64,000 bases of DNA, taken from the NCBI GenBank assembly GCA_043812655.1, contig JBDRLW010000003.1:47580-111579 (forward strand). The letters run 5' to 3'. The position numbers were made by a program, and so were the translations under genes. Numbering within the stretch: position 1 is the stretch's first letter; the number at the start of each line of letters is the position of its first letter. This DNA comes from a bacterium. Its GTDB lineage: Bacteria > Margulisbacteria > WOR-1 > O2-12-FULL-45-9 > XYB2-FULL-48-7. Shown one piece after another: positions 38,111 through 50,791 of this stretch. Below the pieces are notes generated by a model. That model worked only from the letters and a program-made list of their open reading frames with translations. It searched no databases and was not told where the DNA came from.

Positions 38111-39490
38111 ATGAGTTTAGAAGCAATTCGACAAATTATTTTGATGACCGGCTGGCCGATCCTCGCGACCGGCAGTGTTTTATTATTTTTCCTCGCTTAT
38201 AAATTTTATTTGGATGTGAACCGGGTCGCCCTGGGCAAATTGGTCATGATTATGACCTCGGGCTGGCTGGTCACAATGTATTCCCTGGGCGTTGTCGCGA
38301 CTTTAGCCATGTTTCTTGATGTCAGGCAAGGGGTCTTTGTCGTTTTCCCCATCTTTTTAGTCTGGGCGATAACCATGGTCCTGCTTTCGGCTAATGTATT
38401 CCAATGGTCGCGCAAAACCGTTGATATCAATAATTTCTATCAGGACATTGAAAGAAAATACCAATTAATATTTGATATTTCTCCCGAAGCAATCCTGCTT
38501 TTGGATGTTAACGGCAATGTTATCACTGCCAATAAGCGCTTGGAAGAATGGGTCAATTATCGGACTGAAAACATTCTTGGGTCAAAATTAACCGGCCTTA
38601 ATTTTATTACCGAAAAAAGCCGCGAACTGATCAATCAAAACTTTAACCGCCGGTTAAAAGGCGAAATCCTTCAGCCCTACCAAATAGAGATCATTGCCCG
38701 TGACGGCTCGCATAAATACTGGCGGGTGATCGACACTATGGTCCATAATGATAAAGGACAGCCGCTTAATAGCCTGACCATGATAAGCGATGTCACCAAA
38801 CAGGTGGAGATCGAAAAATTGCATGATGACCTCATTCACATGATCGTGCACGATCTTAAAAATCCTTTGTCCGCTATCTCCGGCACAGCTGATCTATTCC
38901 TTTCTGGTACCGCTTGCCAATTTGATGAGAAGCAAAAGAACCTGGTCGAAAATATCGATTTCGCCGCCAAAAAGATGACCAACCTGGTCATGGACCTATT
39001 ACAGGTCAAACAAACAGAAGAAAATAAACTAGTCTTAAATAAAACTACTTTCCCTGCCACAGAGCTGCTGCAAAATATTAGTTGGCTCAAACAATATTCG
39101 GAAAAACAAGAACGGCGGTTAAAGGCCGAGATTCCTGCCGATCTAATGATCACCGCTGATAAAAATCTTGTGGGCCGTATCTTGGAGAATTTGCTTTCCA
39201 ATGCCATTAAACATACTCCAGCCAACGGGGAAATAAATCTTCGGATCAAAAAAGACGGTGAACGGATTAACTTTGAGGTCCAAGATGCTGGCGAAGGCAT
39301 CCCCAAAGAATATCTGGACAGAATTTTTAACAAATTTTTCAAGGTCGAAGGCCAGATCCAGTCAACTAAAATTGACACTGGCTTAGGCTTGACCTTTTGT
39401 AAAATGGCCGTGGAGGCCCATGGCGGAGAGATTGGAGTGGCCAGTGAGCCTGGCAAGGGATCGCGTTTTTACTTCTATCTGCCGGTTTGA
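38111..39490 (+). CDS. Membrane PAS sensor histidine kinase
   Basis: 3 TM helices, PAS domain, HDLKNPL H-box, NLLSNAIK, GLGLTFCK. Confidence 0.9.
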   Translation: MSLEAIRQIILMTGWPILATGSVLLFFLAYKFYLDVNRVALGKLVMIMTSGWLVTMYSLGVVATLAMFLDVRQGVFVVFPIFLVWAITMVLLSANVFQWSRKTVDINNFYQDIERKYQLIFDISPEAILLLDVNGNVITANKRLEEWVNYRTENILGSKLTGLNFITEKSRELINQNFNRRLKGEILQPYQIEIIARDGSHKYWRVIDTMVHNDKGQPLNSLTMISDVTKQVEIEKLHDDLIHMIVHDLKNPLSAISGTADLFLSGTACQFDEKQKNLVENIDFAAKKMTNLVMDLLQVKQTEENKLVLNKTTFPATELLQNISWLKQYSEKQERRLKAEIPADLMITADKNLVGRILENLLSNAIKHTPANGEINLRIKKDGERINFEVQDAGEGIPKEYLDRIFNKFFKVEGQIQSTKIDTGLGLTFCKMAVEAHGGEIGVASEPGKGSRFYFYLPV

Positions 39491-39526
39491 CTCCGCTTCT
39501 CCCCTTCTGCTAAAATGATAGTTGTA

Positions 39527-40330
39527 ATGCCCATTCAGGAACAGTGCCGAATAATTGAGCAGAAAAAAGTCGGGCCAAGGCATTTCAAATTAACCCTTCT
39601 CTCGCCAAACATTACCTCACAAGCTAAACCCGGACAATTTGTAGAGGTTAAATGTTCTGATAATTATGAGCCCCTCCTCCGTCGCCCGATCAGCCTCCAC
39701 AAGGTCAACTTAATTGATGGCACTTTTGAACTTTTATATGAAGTGGTTGGCATTGGCACTGAATTATTAAGCAAATACAAAGCTGACCAAGAACTTGATA
39801 TCTTGGGCCCGCTCGGTACCGGTTTTAAGATCGACCCAGCCAAAAAAGTCCACGTTCTAATTGGCGGCGGCATGGGCGTTGCGCCTTTGCTAGCTCTTGC
39901 AACGCAAATTACAAACAACAAATTACAAATCACAAATGCCACTTACATTCTTCTAGGCGCAAGATCAAAAGACTTTGTCATAGAAGAAAAAACGTTCCGC
40001 AGTATGACAGACCAAATATTGGTTTCTACCGACGACGGAACTTACGGCAAAAAGGGTTTTATTTCGGACATCTTACTTGATTTACTCAACAACACCCTAA
40101 CCCCTACCACCTACAACCTAACCACTCTCTACGCCTGCGGCCCCAAGCCGATGCTCCGTGCCGTAGCCGAGATCGCCTACCAGAAAAAGATCGATTGCCA
40201 ACTTTCGATGGAAGAGCGGATGGCTTGCGGGATCGGTGCCTGTAAAGGGTGCGCGGTTAAGACCACCAATGGTTATAAAATGGCTTGCAAAGATGGCCCG
40301 GTTTTCGACTCGAAAGAGATAATTTGGTGA
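39527..40330 (+). CDS. pyrK: Dihydroorotate dehydrogenase electron transfer subunit
   Basis: LRRPIS, GPLG, GGGMG, ACGP, MACGIGACKGC, CKDGPVF motifs. Confidence 0.93.
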   Translation: MPIQEQCRIIEQKKVGPRHFKLTLLSPNITSQAKPGQFVEVKCSDNYEPLLRRPISLHKVNLIDGTFELLYEVVGIGTELLSKYKADQELDILGPLGTGFKIDPAKKVHVLIGGGMGVAPLLALATQITNNKLQITNATYILLGARSKDFVIEEKTFRSMTDQILVSTDDGTYGKKGFISDILLDLLNNTLTPTTYNLTTLYACGPKPMLRAVAEIAYQKKIDCQLSMEERMACGIGACKGCAVKTTNGYKMACKDGPVFDSKEIIW

Positions 40331-40840
40331 ACCTGAGAATGAATTCTCGGTTCCATTTAACGGATGCAAAAATAAATTTTCGCATCCTAGGAAACGATAA
40401 AAATGCTCTATCATTATAATTTCAGGACTTATTTAAGGAAACCGACCTTGGAAGATAAGGAAATAAGGTTATTTCTAAAAGAAATTTTCCTTGAAATATC
40501 CAAAGAAAAAGGTTTTGATATTATCGAATGCGAAATACTATCGGAACATGTCCATATTTTAATTGAACACAGCTATACCTTAAGCACTTCGCAAGTCATG
40601 AAATTTTTGAAAGGTATTTCCGCAAGGAGACTTTTCCAGCAATATCCTACTAATAGGTTTGAACACAAAAAACTTTGGGGAAGATCATTTTTCGCCAAAA
40701 AGATCACTAATGAAGAAAAAGATAATGTTATTGATTATATTAGGAACCAAAGAAATGAAGAAGGTATTGATAAAAGATTCTAAGGGTGCGAGAATTTATT
40801 CTCGCGGGCCCCTGAATAACCGCGAATTCATTCGCAGGTT
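40329..40840 (+). mobile_element. IS200-like / REP-associated tyrosine transposase cassette bounded by inverted REPs
   Basis: Outer REPs 40329-40354 and 40818-40840 (inverted), inner hairpins 40362-40387 and 40784-40811, tnpA between; interrupts pyrK-pyrD. Confidence 0.8.
40403..40783 (+). CDS. tnpA: Y1 HUH transposase (IS200/IS605 TnpA family)
   Basis: EHVHIL (HUH), LKGISAR, LWGRSFF, YIRNQ (catalytic Tyr). Confidence 0.9.
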   Translation: MLYHYNFRTYLRKPTLEDKEIRLFLKEIFLEISKEKGFDIIECEILSEHVHILIEHSYTLSTSQVMKFLKGISARRLFQQYPTNRFEHKKLWGRSFFAKKITNEEKDNVIDYIRNQRNEEGIDKRF

Positions 40841-40854
40841 GGAGGGTTTTGAAC

Positions 40855-41739
40855 ATGCTTAATATAGAATTGTTAGGGCTTAAGCTAAAAAATCCGATCA
40901 TGGTCGCTTCGGGGACCTTTGGTTGGGGAAAAGAATACGCGGATTATATTGATTTAAATCAACTTGGCGCAATCATCACCAAGAGCATTACGCTTCAAGC
41001 TCGAGCCGGCAACCCACCACCCCGGATAGTTGAAACGCCAAGCGGGATGCTTAATTCGATCGGCCTGCAAAACGATGGCATAGAATCGTTCATAAAAAAC
41101 GACCTCCCCTTCCTGGCTAAGTTTGAAACACCAACCATTGTGAATATCGCCGGCGAGTCAGCAAATGAATATTCTAAACTCGCGCAGCTATTAGATAAAG
41201 AAAACACCGTTAAAGCGATCGAAATAAATATTTCTTGCCCTAATGTAAAGAAAGGCGGCATGTCTTTTGGTGTCGACGCCAAATTAACAAAAGAAGTTGT
41301 TTCCGCCGCGCGCAAAGCAACTAAAAAGCCGCTGATCGCCAAGTTAACTCCTAACGTAACGGATATCACCGTGATCGCCAAAGCGGCCGTTGATGGCGGC
41401 GCTGACGCCCTCTCCCTCATCAATACCGTAGTCGGCATGGCGATCGATATTGAAACTGGAAAATCAAGGCTTGGGATGTTAACCGGCGGATTATCCGGCC
41501 CGGCGATCAAACCGATCGCGGTCAGGATGGTTTATGAAGCCGCTCACGCGGTGAAAGTGCCGATTATCGGGATCGGCGGGATCATGTCCGGGAGCGACGC
41601 GGTCGAGTTTTTCTTAGCCGGTGCTAAGGCGGTTCAAATCGGCACCTGCAATTTTGTTGATACCAAGGCTCCAATTCGTATCATTCAAGAGGTAGCCAAT
41701 TATGTACATCGACACCCACGCGCACTTAACTTTTCCTGA
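40855..41739 (+). CDS. pyrD: Dihydroorotate dehydrogenase family 1B catalytic subunit
   Basis: ASGTFG, NISCPN, KLTPNVTDI, GGLSGPAIKP motifs. Confidence 0.95.
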   Translation: MLNIELLGLKLKNPIMVASGTFGWGKEYADYIDLNQLGAIITKSITLQARAGNPPPRIVETPSGMLNSIGLQNDGIESFIKNDLPFLAKFETPTIVNIAGESANEYSKLAQLLDKENTVKAIEINISCPNVKKGGMSFGVDAKLTKEVVSAARKATKKPLIAKLTPNVTDITVIAKAAVDGGADALSLINTVVGMAIDIETGKSRLGMLTGGLSGPAIKPIAVRMVYEAAHAVKVPIIGIGGIMSGSDAVEFFLAGAKAVQIGTCNFVDTKAPIRIIQEVANYVHRHPRALNFS

Positions 41740-42469
41740 ATTTAAACCGGATCTTCCCGAAGTTATTAAACGAGCCAAAGAAGCCGGGCTTGAAGCCATA
41801 ATTAATATCGCTCTTGATGATGAAGCGATTAAACGATCGTTAGAGATCGCGGCCGCTTACCCCGGTTATATTTTTAACGCGGCCGGCATCCATCCCCACG
41901 AAGCATCCACCTGGCACGAAAACGATTATCAGAAATTCAAAGACTTATCTTTAAAGCACACTTTCGTCGCCATTGGTGAGATCGGCCTTGATTATCATTA
42001 TAAGTTATCACCTATAGAAGAGCAGACAAAGGTTTTCCGTAAATTTCTCCAGCTCGCTCAAGAGCTTGATCTGCCGGCGATCATCCATTCCCGTGAAGCC
42101 GCCAAAGATACGATCGATATCTTAAAAGAGGAGAATAAAGGCAAACTTAAAGGAGTTCTTCACTGCTTTGCCGGCGATATGGAACTGGGTAAAATAGCGC
42201 TGGAAATGGGTTTATATATCTCTTATACCGGGAACATCACCTTCCCCAAAGCGGAGAATTTCCGTCAAACCATTAAACAAATCCCTTTAGATCGATTATT
42301 AATAGAAACTGATTGCCCGTTTCTGGCACCACAACAATATCGAGGTAAAAGAAATGAGCCGGCCTATGTTGTTAAGGTGGCGGAGAAGATCGCGGAAATA
42401 AAAGGTATAACGCTAGAAGAAGTCGCTAAACAAACCACAAAGAACGCAAAAGTTTTATTTATTGGCTGA
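41702..42469 (+). CDS. tatD: TatD family hydrolase
   Basis: DTHAHL, GIHPH, GEIGLDY, HSREA, HCF, ETDCPFL motifs. Confidence 0.93.
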   Translation: MYIDTHAHLTFPEFKPDLPEVIKRAKEAGLEAIINIALDDEAIKRSLEIAAAYPGYIFNAAGIHPHEASTWHENDYQKFKDLSLKHTFVAIGEIGLDYHYKLSPIEEQTKVFRKFLQLAQELDLPAIIHSREAAKDTIDILKEENKGKLKGVLHCFAGDMELGKIALEMGLYISYTGNITFPKAENFRQTIKQIPLDRLLIETDCPFLAPQQYRGKRNEPAYVVKVAEKIAEIKGITLEEVAKQTTKNAKVLFIG

Positions 42470-42722
42470 CTTTGCGGGCATAAAGATAAGCATTACCAGC
42501 CGAGACGGCGGTTGTTCCAGCTAATATAATATTCCAGTTGATCGCGCCGGGAGTTACCTGCGCAGCAATGACATAACCCCAAAAAGTAGCAAAGGGGACA
42601 GTTTGCCAAAAAGTAACGTCAAATTCTGTCCAGAAGTTCCGTTTTTCCGCTTCATTGGTGGCGGCAAAACAGAACCCGCCCAAGAGAACAATAATTAATA
42701 ATAGCGATAATATCCTGCGCAC
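42459..42722 (-). CDS. Small membrane/exported hypothetical protein
   Basis: 87 aa with signal peptide and hydrophobic segments, directly after bioC. Confidence 0.55.
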   Translation of the reverse strand: MRRILSLLLIIVLLGGFCFAATNEAEKRNFWTEFDVTFWQTVPFATFWGYVIAAQVTPGAINWNIILAGTTAVSAGNAYLYARKVSQ

Positions 42723-42723
42723 G

Positions 42724-43452
42724 TTAAGGAATTATAACATGGCCGAAGATGATCTCATAAGTCGCGGGGATAAAACCGTCCTGGCCATATTTATTCTGAT
42801 ATTTCCTAAAGGCAGAAAAATTGACCGACTTGCTTTTATCTGTGGTTTGCGCCCCGATCCCTTTTAAATGAAGAAGAAGCTCTTTAATGGTCTTAAATTT
42901 TTGCTCGACTTTTATTGTCTCAAAGCTTACTACTGCAAATTTATCTTTAGCCAAAGAAATCAACTCGTTAATAGAAAGGAATGTATTGACCCTAAAACCG
43001 CTCTCTTTTAATTCTTTCAACGTCTCCGGCCCAAAAGTTGAAAAATGGAACCCCCCCCCAGGCTTAAGAACTCTGCTAACTTCAGAAAAGACTTTGCCGG
43101 CATCCATCCATTGAAGTGAGGCATTAGAAACAACCAGGTCAAAAGCATCATCAGTAAAGGGAAGTGCTTCTCCATCACCAAGCTGACAGCCTTCATGCTT
43201 ATTGCTTGCCACTTCGACCATTCCCGGCGCAATATCAAGGCCGATCATTGAAGCTCCTGGGAATAACCCTTTCATCTTGCCAATTAGATAACCGGTGCCG
43301 CAGCCAAGGTCGAGGATTGAAACAAGTTCGGAGTTAGGAGTTGGGAGTTGGGATAATAATTTGTCAGCCAAGGTCTTCTGTAAAACAGCGTGCTGGTCGT
43401 AATTTTTGGCGCTGGCGGAAAAATTACGGCTAATTTCTTTTTTATCCAACAT
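42724..43452 (-). CDS. bioC: Malonyl-ACP O-methyltransferase
   Basis: FSASAKNYDQHAVLQ, LDLGCGTG, SNASLQW, STFGPETLKEL; bio cluster context. Confidence 0.9.
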   Translation of the reverse strand: MLDKKEISRNFSASAKNYDQHAVLQKTLADKLLSQLPTPNSELVSILDLGCGTGYLIGKMKGLFPGASMIGLDIAPGMVEVASNKHEGCQLGDGEALPFTDDAFDLVVSNASLQWMDAGKVFSEVSRVLKPGGGFHFSTFGPETLKELKESGFRVNTFLSINELISLAKDKFAVVSFETIKVEQKFKTIKELLLHLKGIGAQTTDKSKSVNFSAFRKYQNKYGQDGFIPATYEIIFGHVIIP

Positions 43453-44098
43453 ATTTTTTAAATTCTTCAGGGGCTTCCAGCATCGGCGCGTGCCCTGCCC
43501 CTTTAAGTATGATCAATTTACTGTTTTTAATTTCTTTGTTCATATATTCCGCCGCGCCAGGCAAACAGATCTCGTCTTGGTCGCCATGGATGATTAGAGT
43601 TGGGCAGTTAATTTTTGGCAATAACGATCTCAAGTCAACTTTGGCTAGTTCAGCCAATTCTTCAAAAACCCTCACCCCATTCCCCTCTCCCCCGCCTACG
43701 GCGGGCAAGCACGGTAGAGGGGTAGTCTTTATTTTATCGGTAAAGATTAAATCATAAAAAACCTTGATACCTTCCACTTTTATTTTCTTCTCCAATCTTC
43801 GCAATATGGCTAAAGGGATCGCGTGGGGAAAATCATCGGAACGAATAAATTTGGGGGTTGTTGAGACTAGAACTAGAGAATTGATCTTCTCTGGCGCCAT
43901 CGCTGCCATCAGCATCGCTACCATCCCTCCCATCGACCAGCCGACTATCCTTATCTTTTCTCCTACGCCTATGCCTTTTAATAATCCCTCCGCCGTCCCT
44001 TTTATATCTTCAAACATCAAATGCGGCTTTTCACCATTGGTTTGATTGCGCCAAACCTCCGGAGTAGTCGCAAAGCCATGTAAATAAACGGTTTCCAT
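43442..44098 (-). CDS. bioH: Pimeloyl-ACP methyl ester esterase (alpha/beta hydrolase)
   Basis: LHGF, GWSMGG, HGDQD, GHAP motifs; adjacent to bioC. Confidence 0.8.
   Translation of the reverse strand: METVYLHGFATTPEVWRNQTNGEKPHLMFEDIKGTAEGLLKGIGVGEKIRIVGWSMGGMVAMLMAAMAPEKINSLVLVSTTPKFIRSDDFPHAIPLAILRRLEKKIKVEGIKVFYDLIFTDKIKTTPLPCLPAVGGGEGNGVRVFEELAELAKVDLRSLLPKINCPTLIIHGDQDEICLPGAAEYMNKEIKNSKLIILKGAGHAPMLEAPEEFKKYVG
43669..43722. repeat. Nested palindromic element inserted in frame in bioH
   Basis: ccctcaccccattCCCCTCTcc[cccgcctacggcgggcaagc]acggtAGAGGGG. Confidence 0.7.
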
Positions 44099-44121
44099 AT
44101 AACCATGTTATAATTTATCAG

Positions 44122-45105
44122 ATGAATTATCAAGAATTAGCCGACAGAATTATTACTAAGAACGATCTTGATCCGTTAGAAGCCCTTTCTCTTCTCCATA
44201 CTCCCAACTCCCAACTCCTAACTTTTCTAGCTGCCGCCGAAAAGATCAAGTGGCACTTTAAAGGAAATAAAGTAAAACTCTGTGCCATTGTTAACGCCAA
44301 ATCCGGCCGCTGCAGTGAAAACTGCAACTTCTGCGCCCAATCAAGCCATCACCAGACTGGCGTAAAAACCTACCCGCTTCTATCGGCGGAAGAGATGACT
44401 AACGCTGCTAAATCGGCCGAAAAAGTGATGTCCGCGACTTGTTTCTCGATTGTCACCTCCGGCAAAACTGTCCATTCAGAGGCGGAAATGGCTGCCATTG
44501 CCTCATCTGTCCAGGCAATGACCAATGAAACAAACCTCAACCGTTGCGTCTCTCTTGGCATTTTAAATAAAGAACAGATCATGCAATTAAAAGAATCGGG
44601 GCTAAAGCGTCTCCACCATAACCTTGAAACAGCCGAAAGTTTTTTTAGTCGGATGTGTACGACCCATACTTATCAAGATCGGATCAAAACGATTAAATTG
44701 GCCAAAGAAGCGGGACTTGAAGTCTGCTCCGGCGGGATCTTTGGCCTGGGTGAAACCTTGGAGCAAAGGATTGAACTCGCTTTTGCCTTAAAAGAATTGA
44801 AAGTCCAGTCTGTCCCCATTAATATCTTAAACCCAATCCCTGGAACCCCAGCGGAAAAAAATCACCAACCCCTCACCCCATTTGACACCCTAAAACTTGT
44901 TGCCGCTTATCGCTTTATTTTGCCAACCTGTGATCTTGGCCTTTTTGGCGGCCGGGAGCAAGCGCTCGGCAGCCTACAACCATTAATGTTCTTAGCCGGC
45001 GCCAATGTTACGCTAGTCGGCAACTATCTAACTACTAACGGCCAAGCTCCGGAAAATGATCTGCGAATGATCAGAGATCTGGAATTAGTGGTTGCCAACA
45101 ACTAA
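44122..45105 (+). CDS. bioB: Biotin synthase
   Basis: NAKSGRCSENCNFCAQS radical SAM motif, HHNLET, CSGGIFGLGE. Confidence 0.97.
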   Translation: MNYQELADRIITKNDLDPLEALSLLHTPNSQLLTFLAAAEKIKWHFKGNKVKLCAIVNAKSGRCSENCNFCAQSSHHQTGVKTYPLLSAEEMTNAAKSAEKVMSATCFSIVTSGKTVHSEAEMAAIASSVQAMTNETNLNRCVSLGILNKEQIMQLKESGLKRLHHNLETAESFFSRMCTTHTYQDRIKTIKLAKEAGLEVCSGGIFGLGETLEQRIELAFALKELKVQSVPINILNPIPGTPAEKNHQPLTPFDTLKLVAAYRFILPTCDLGLFGGREQALGSLQPLMFLAGANVTLVGNYLTTNGQAPENDLRMIRDLELVVANN

Positions 45106-45202
45106 ACTCTTCTGTTATGATATGCTTAAATCTAAAGACTCATTAAATGAGGGGGTGATAGCGAACAGTTTTTTTGGCCCAAAATATTTCTAGGAGGGAA
45201 AA

Positions 45203-45844
45203 ATGAAGAATTTTATTGGTGTATTGCTTGTTGTTGTTTTATTTGCTTCTGCCTCTTTCGCGGAATTATTAACGACTGCCAACCCTATCGGCCAAGGTAA
45301 ATGGGCTGTCTTGGGGGCTTACGCGTCGGATTCTCAGTTGTTTAACTCTAATGTCACTGGTTCGACCATTGGCGGTTATGTCGGTTATGGCCTAGATAAT
45401 AAGAGTGATCTCCTTATCCAAGCCGGACAAACAACTTTTGGTAATGGCTTATCCGCAAAAATTACCGGCTATGGCGCTTTTCTAAAACACCAGCTATTTG
45501 CTGAAAATGCTGATCTTCCAGTTTCAATCGCTGTTGGAGCCGGTTATAAGTTAACATCTTATGATAACACTGCCGGATCTGTGACTGGAGGCAATCAATT
45601 AATCGCCGCGGTCGGAGTCAGTAAGATGATGCTTCCTTTAATTCCTTACGGCGGCCTGACTTACAGGGGAACAAATTTTAATGGCGTCACCATGCTAACC
45701 CAAACGGATCTAACTGTAGGCTCCGCTTTCCCTTGGTCAGAACAAGGTGTGATCTTTGTTGAATATACTAACCAATTTTCATCACAGAACGGGCTAAATT
45801 ATACTGCCGGACAGATCGCTGCTGGTGTCGGCTATACGATCTAA
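45203..45844 (+). CDS. Outer-membrane beta-barrel-like exported protein
   Basis: Signal peptide, alternating amphipathic strands, C-terminal GVGYTI. Confidence 0.6.
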   Translation: MKNFIGVLLVVVLFASASFAELLTTANPIGQGKWAVLGAYASDSQLFNSNVTGSTIGGYVGYGLDNKSDLLIQAGQTTFGNGLSAKITGYGAFLKHQLFAENADLPVSIAVGAGYKLTSYDNTAGSVTGGNQLIAAVGVSKMMLPLIPYGGLTYRGTNFNGVTMLTQTDLTVGSAFPWSEQGVIFVEYTNQFSSQNGLNYTAGQIAAGVGYTI

Positions 45845-45866
45845 TTCCAGTTTCTTGTGAGCTTAG

Positions 45867-45898
45867 ACAGCCCCGTTTAACCGCGGGGCTGTTTTTTT
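45867..45898 (+). terminator. Intrinsic terminator
   Basis: ACAGCCCCG..CGGGGCTGT followed by a T run. Confidence 0.8.
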
Positions 45899-48894
<2,996 letters not shown>

Positions 48895-48909
48895 TTTCCA
48901 TCCCTTAGT

Positions 48910-49455
48910 TCATAGACTAAACTCACAACCACAATACTTCTGCCGATATATATTATACTCCCGTGAAAGTGTTCTGCCTATCTGATACGCTTTTTCTTTG
49001 TCCAGGTCAAATTTTATATAATTAAGTTGATAATTAGAAGCTATCTCTTCGCCTAACTTATTGATATGATCGGTCTCCTTGTAGCGATTATTGCTTAAAG
49101 TCGTTCCAAATGCCAGCAGTCTTTTCTCCTTGGCAGCCTTCGCAGTTCTTAGCAAACGATATTTAAAGCATAAACGACAGCGCAGACTGTTCTCTGGATA
49201 ACTTTCCGGTGGCTCTGGCAAGTTGCTTTTCAGGTAATCCAACCATTCTTGGTGGTCATATTCGCCTTCCTCCAAATTAAGCCCAAAAATATCCGCAACT
49301 TTCCTAACTTCAACCAAGCGCTTATTATATTCCGCCCGCGGATAAATATTGGGATTATAGAACAAAAGCGTCGGCTTCTCCGTCTTTACGATCGGCAAGG
49401 CACACGGGGCGCAACAAACGTTAAGGAGCAATTGACCGCTTTCAATATTCACCAT
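48910..49455 (-). CDS. queH: Epoxyqueuosine reductase QueH (DUF208)
   Basis: CCAPC, FYNPNI, RCRLCF, YRQKYCGCEFS motifs. Confidence 0.85.
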   Translation of the reverse strand: MVNIESGQLLLNVCCAPCALPIVKTEKPTLLFYNPNIYPRAEYNKRLVEVRKVADIFGLNLEEGEYDHQEWLDYLKSNLPEPPESYPENSLRCRLCFKYRLLRTAKAAKEKRLLAFGTTLSNNRYKETDHINKLGEEIASNYQLNYIKFDLDKEKAYQIGRTLSREYNIYRQKYCGCEFSL

Positions 49456-49469
49456 ATACTAAATATATC

Positions 49470-50750
49470 ATGCTGGAGAAATGGGATAAAGAGTACGTTT
49501 GGCACCCATTCACCCAAATGAAAACGTGGGTGACGAATAAGCCTTTGATTATTGAACGAGGCGATGGAGTATATCTTTATGATACTGATGGGAACAAATA
49601 TATCGATGGAGTATCATCACTTTGGGTCACGGTCCACGGCCACCGTAAAAAAGAGATCAATGATGCGATCAAAAAACAGCTCGATCTGGTCGCCCATTCC
49701 ACTTTTCTTGGCTTAAGCAACGTCCCGGCAATCAAGCTAGCAAAAAAGCTGGTTGAAATTACACCCAAAGGTTTAAATAAAGTCTTTTATTCCGACAATG
49801 GCTCGACGGCGGTCGAGATAGCGTTAAAGATGGCGTTTCAATACTGGCAACAAAGCAACAAATTACAAGCGCCAAATAACAAACAATACCAAAATCACAA
49901 ATACAAAACCAAATTTATCACTTTAGAAAACGCTTATCATGGTGATACTGTCGGCTCGGTTTCGGTGGGAGGAATTGATCTATTCCATAAGATCTATCGT
50001 CCGCTCCTATTCAAATCTTTCAAGGTTAAACCTGGGGATGTTGCTGGCTTGGAGCGATTAATGGCTAATCATCACCTGGAAATCGCCGCGATGATCGTTG
50101 AACCTTTGGTCCAAGGAGCGGCGGGAATGATCATGATGCCAAAAGGATACCTCAAGAAAGTCCGCAGGCTTTGCACCAAGTACAATATATTACTGATCGC
50201 TGACGAAGTGGCGACCGGATTTGGCCGGACCGGGAAAATGTTTGCCTGCGAACATGAAAATGTCTCCCCCGATATTATGTGCGTTGCCAAAGGACTGACT
50301 GGCGGTTATTTACCAATTGCTGCTACTATGACTACTAATAAGATCTATAATGCTTTTTTAGGCAAGCCAGAGGAGAATAAAACCTTTTTCCACGGCCACA
50401 CCTTTACCGGCAACCCGCTTGGCTGTGCCGCCGCCCTCGCCTCCCTAGACTTGTTTAAAAAAGAAAAATTATTAACTCATGTCCAAAATAACATTAAACT
50501 CTTAACTAAAGAACTAAAGAACTTTACTAAATTAAAAGGGGTAAAAGAAGTTCGCCAATGCGGGATGATGGTCGGGATAGAGATTACTGGCCATCCCCAA
50601 GAAGTTATCCTGGAAGCCAGGCAAAGAGGCGTTATCATCCGCCCGCTCGGTAATGTTATAGTTTTGATGCCGCCGCTTAGCATCACTCCAAAAGACTTGC
50701 GCCAACTCCTACAAATAGCTTACAAATCGATCAAAACAGTAACGGATTAA
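49470..50750 (+). CDS. bioA: DAPA aminotransferase
   Basis: WHPFTQM, SSLWV, YHGDT, DEVATGFGRTG, AKGLTGGYLP motifs. Confidence 0.96.
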   Translation: MLEKWDKEYVWHPFTQMKTWVTNKPLIIERGDGVYLYDTDGNKYIDGVSSLWVTVHGHRKKEINDAIKKQLDLVAHSTFLGLSNVPAIKLAKKLVEITPKGLNKVFYSDNGSTAVEIALKMAFQYWQQSNKLQAPNNKQYQNHKYKTKFITLENAYHGDTVGSVSVGGIDLFHKIYRPLLFKSFKVKPGDVAGLERLMANHHLEIAAMIVEPLVQGAAGMIMMPKGYLKKVRRLCTKYNILLIADEVATGFGRTGKMFACEHENVSPDIMCVAKGLTGGYLPIAATMTTNKIYNAFLGKPEENKTFFHGHTFTGNPLGCAAALASLDLFKKEKLLTHVQNNIKLLTKELKNFTKLKGVKEVRQCGMMVGIEITGHPQEVILEARQRGVIIRPLGNVIVLMPPLSITPKDLRQLLQIAYKSIKTVTD

Positions 50751-50791
50751 GGACTGTTAATCCTCTGTCTTAGCGTGTTATAATTTTATTG

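Noticed and set aside
44070..44121. BirA operator between divergent bioH and bioB
   Set aside because: No TGTAAACC-N-GGTTTACA-type inverted repeat found.
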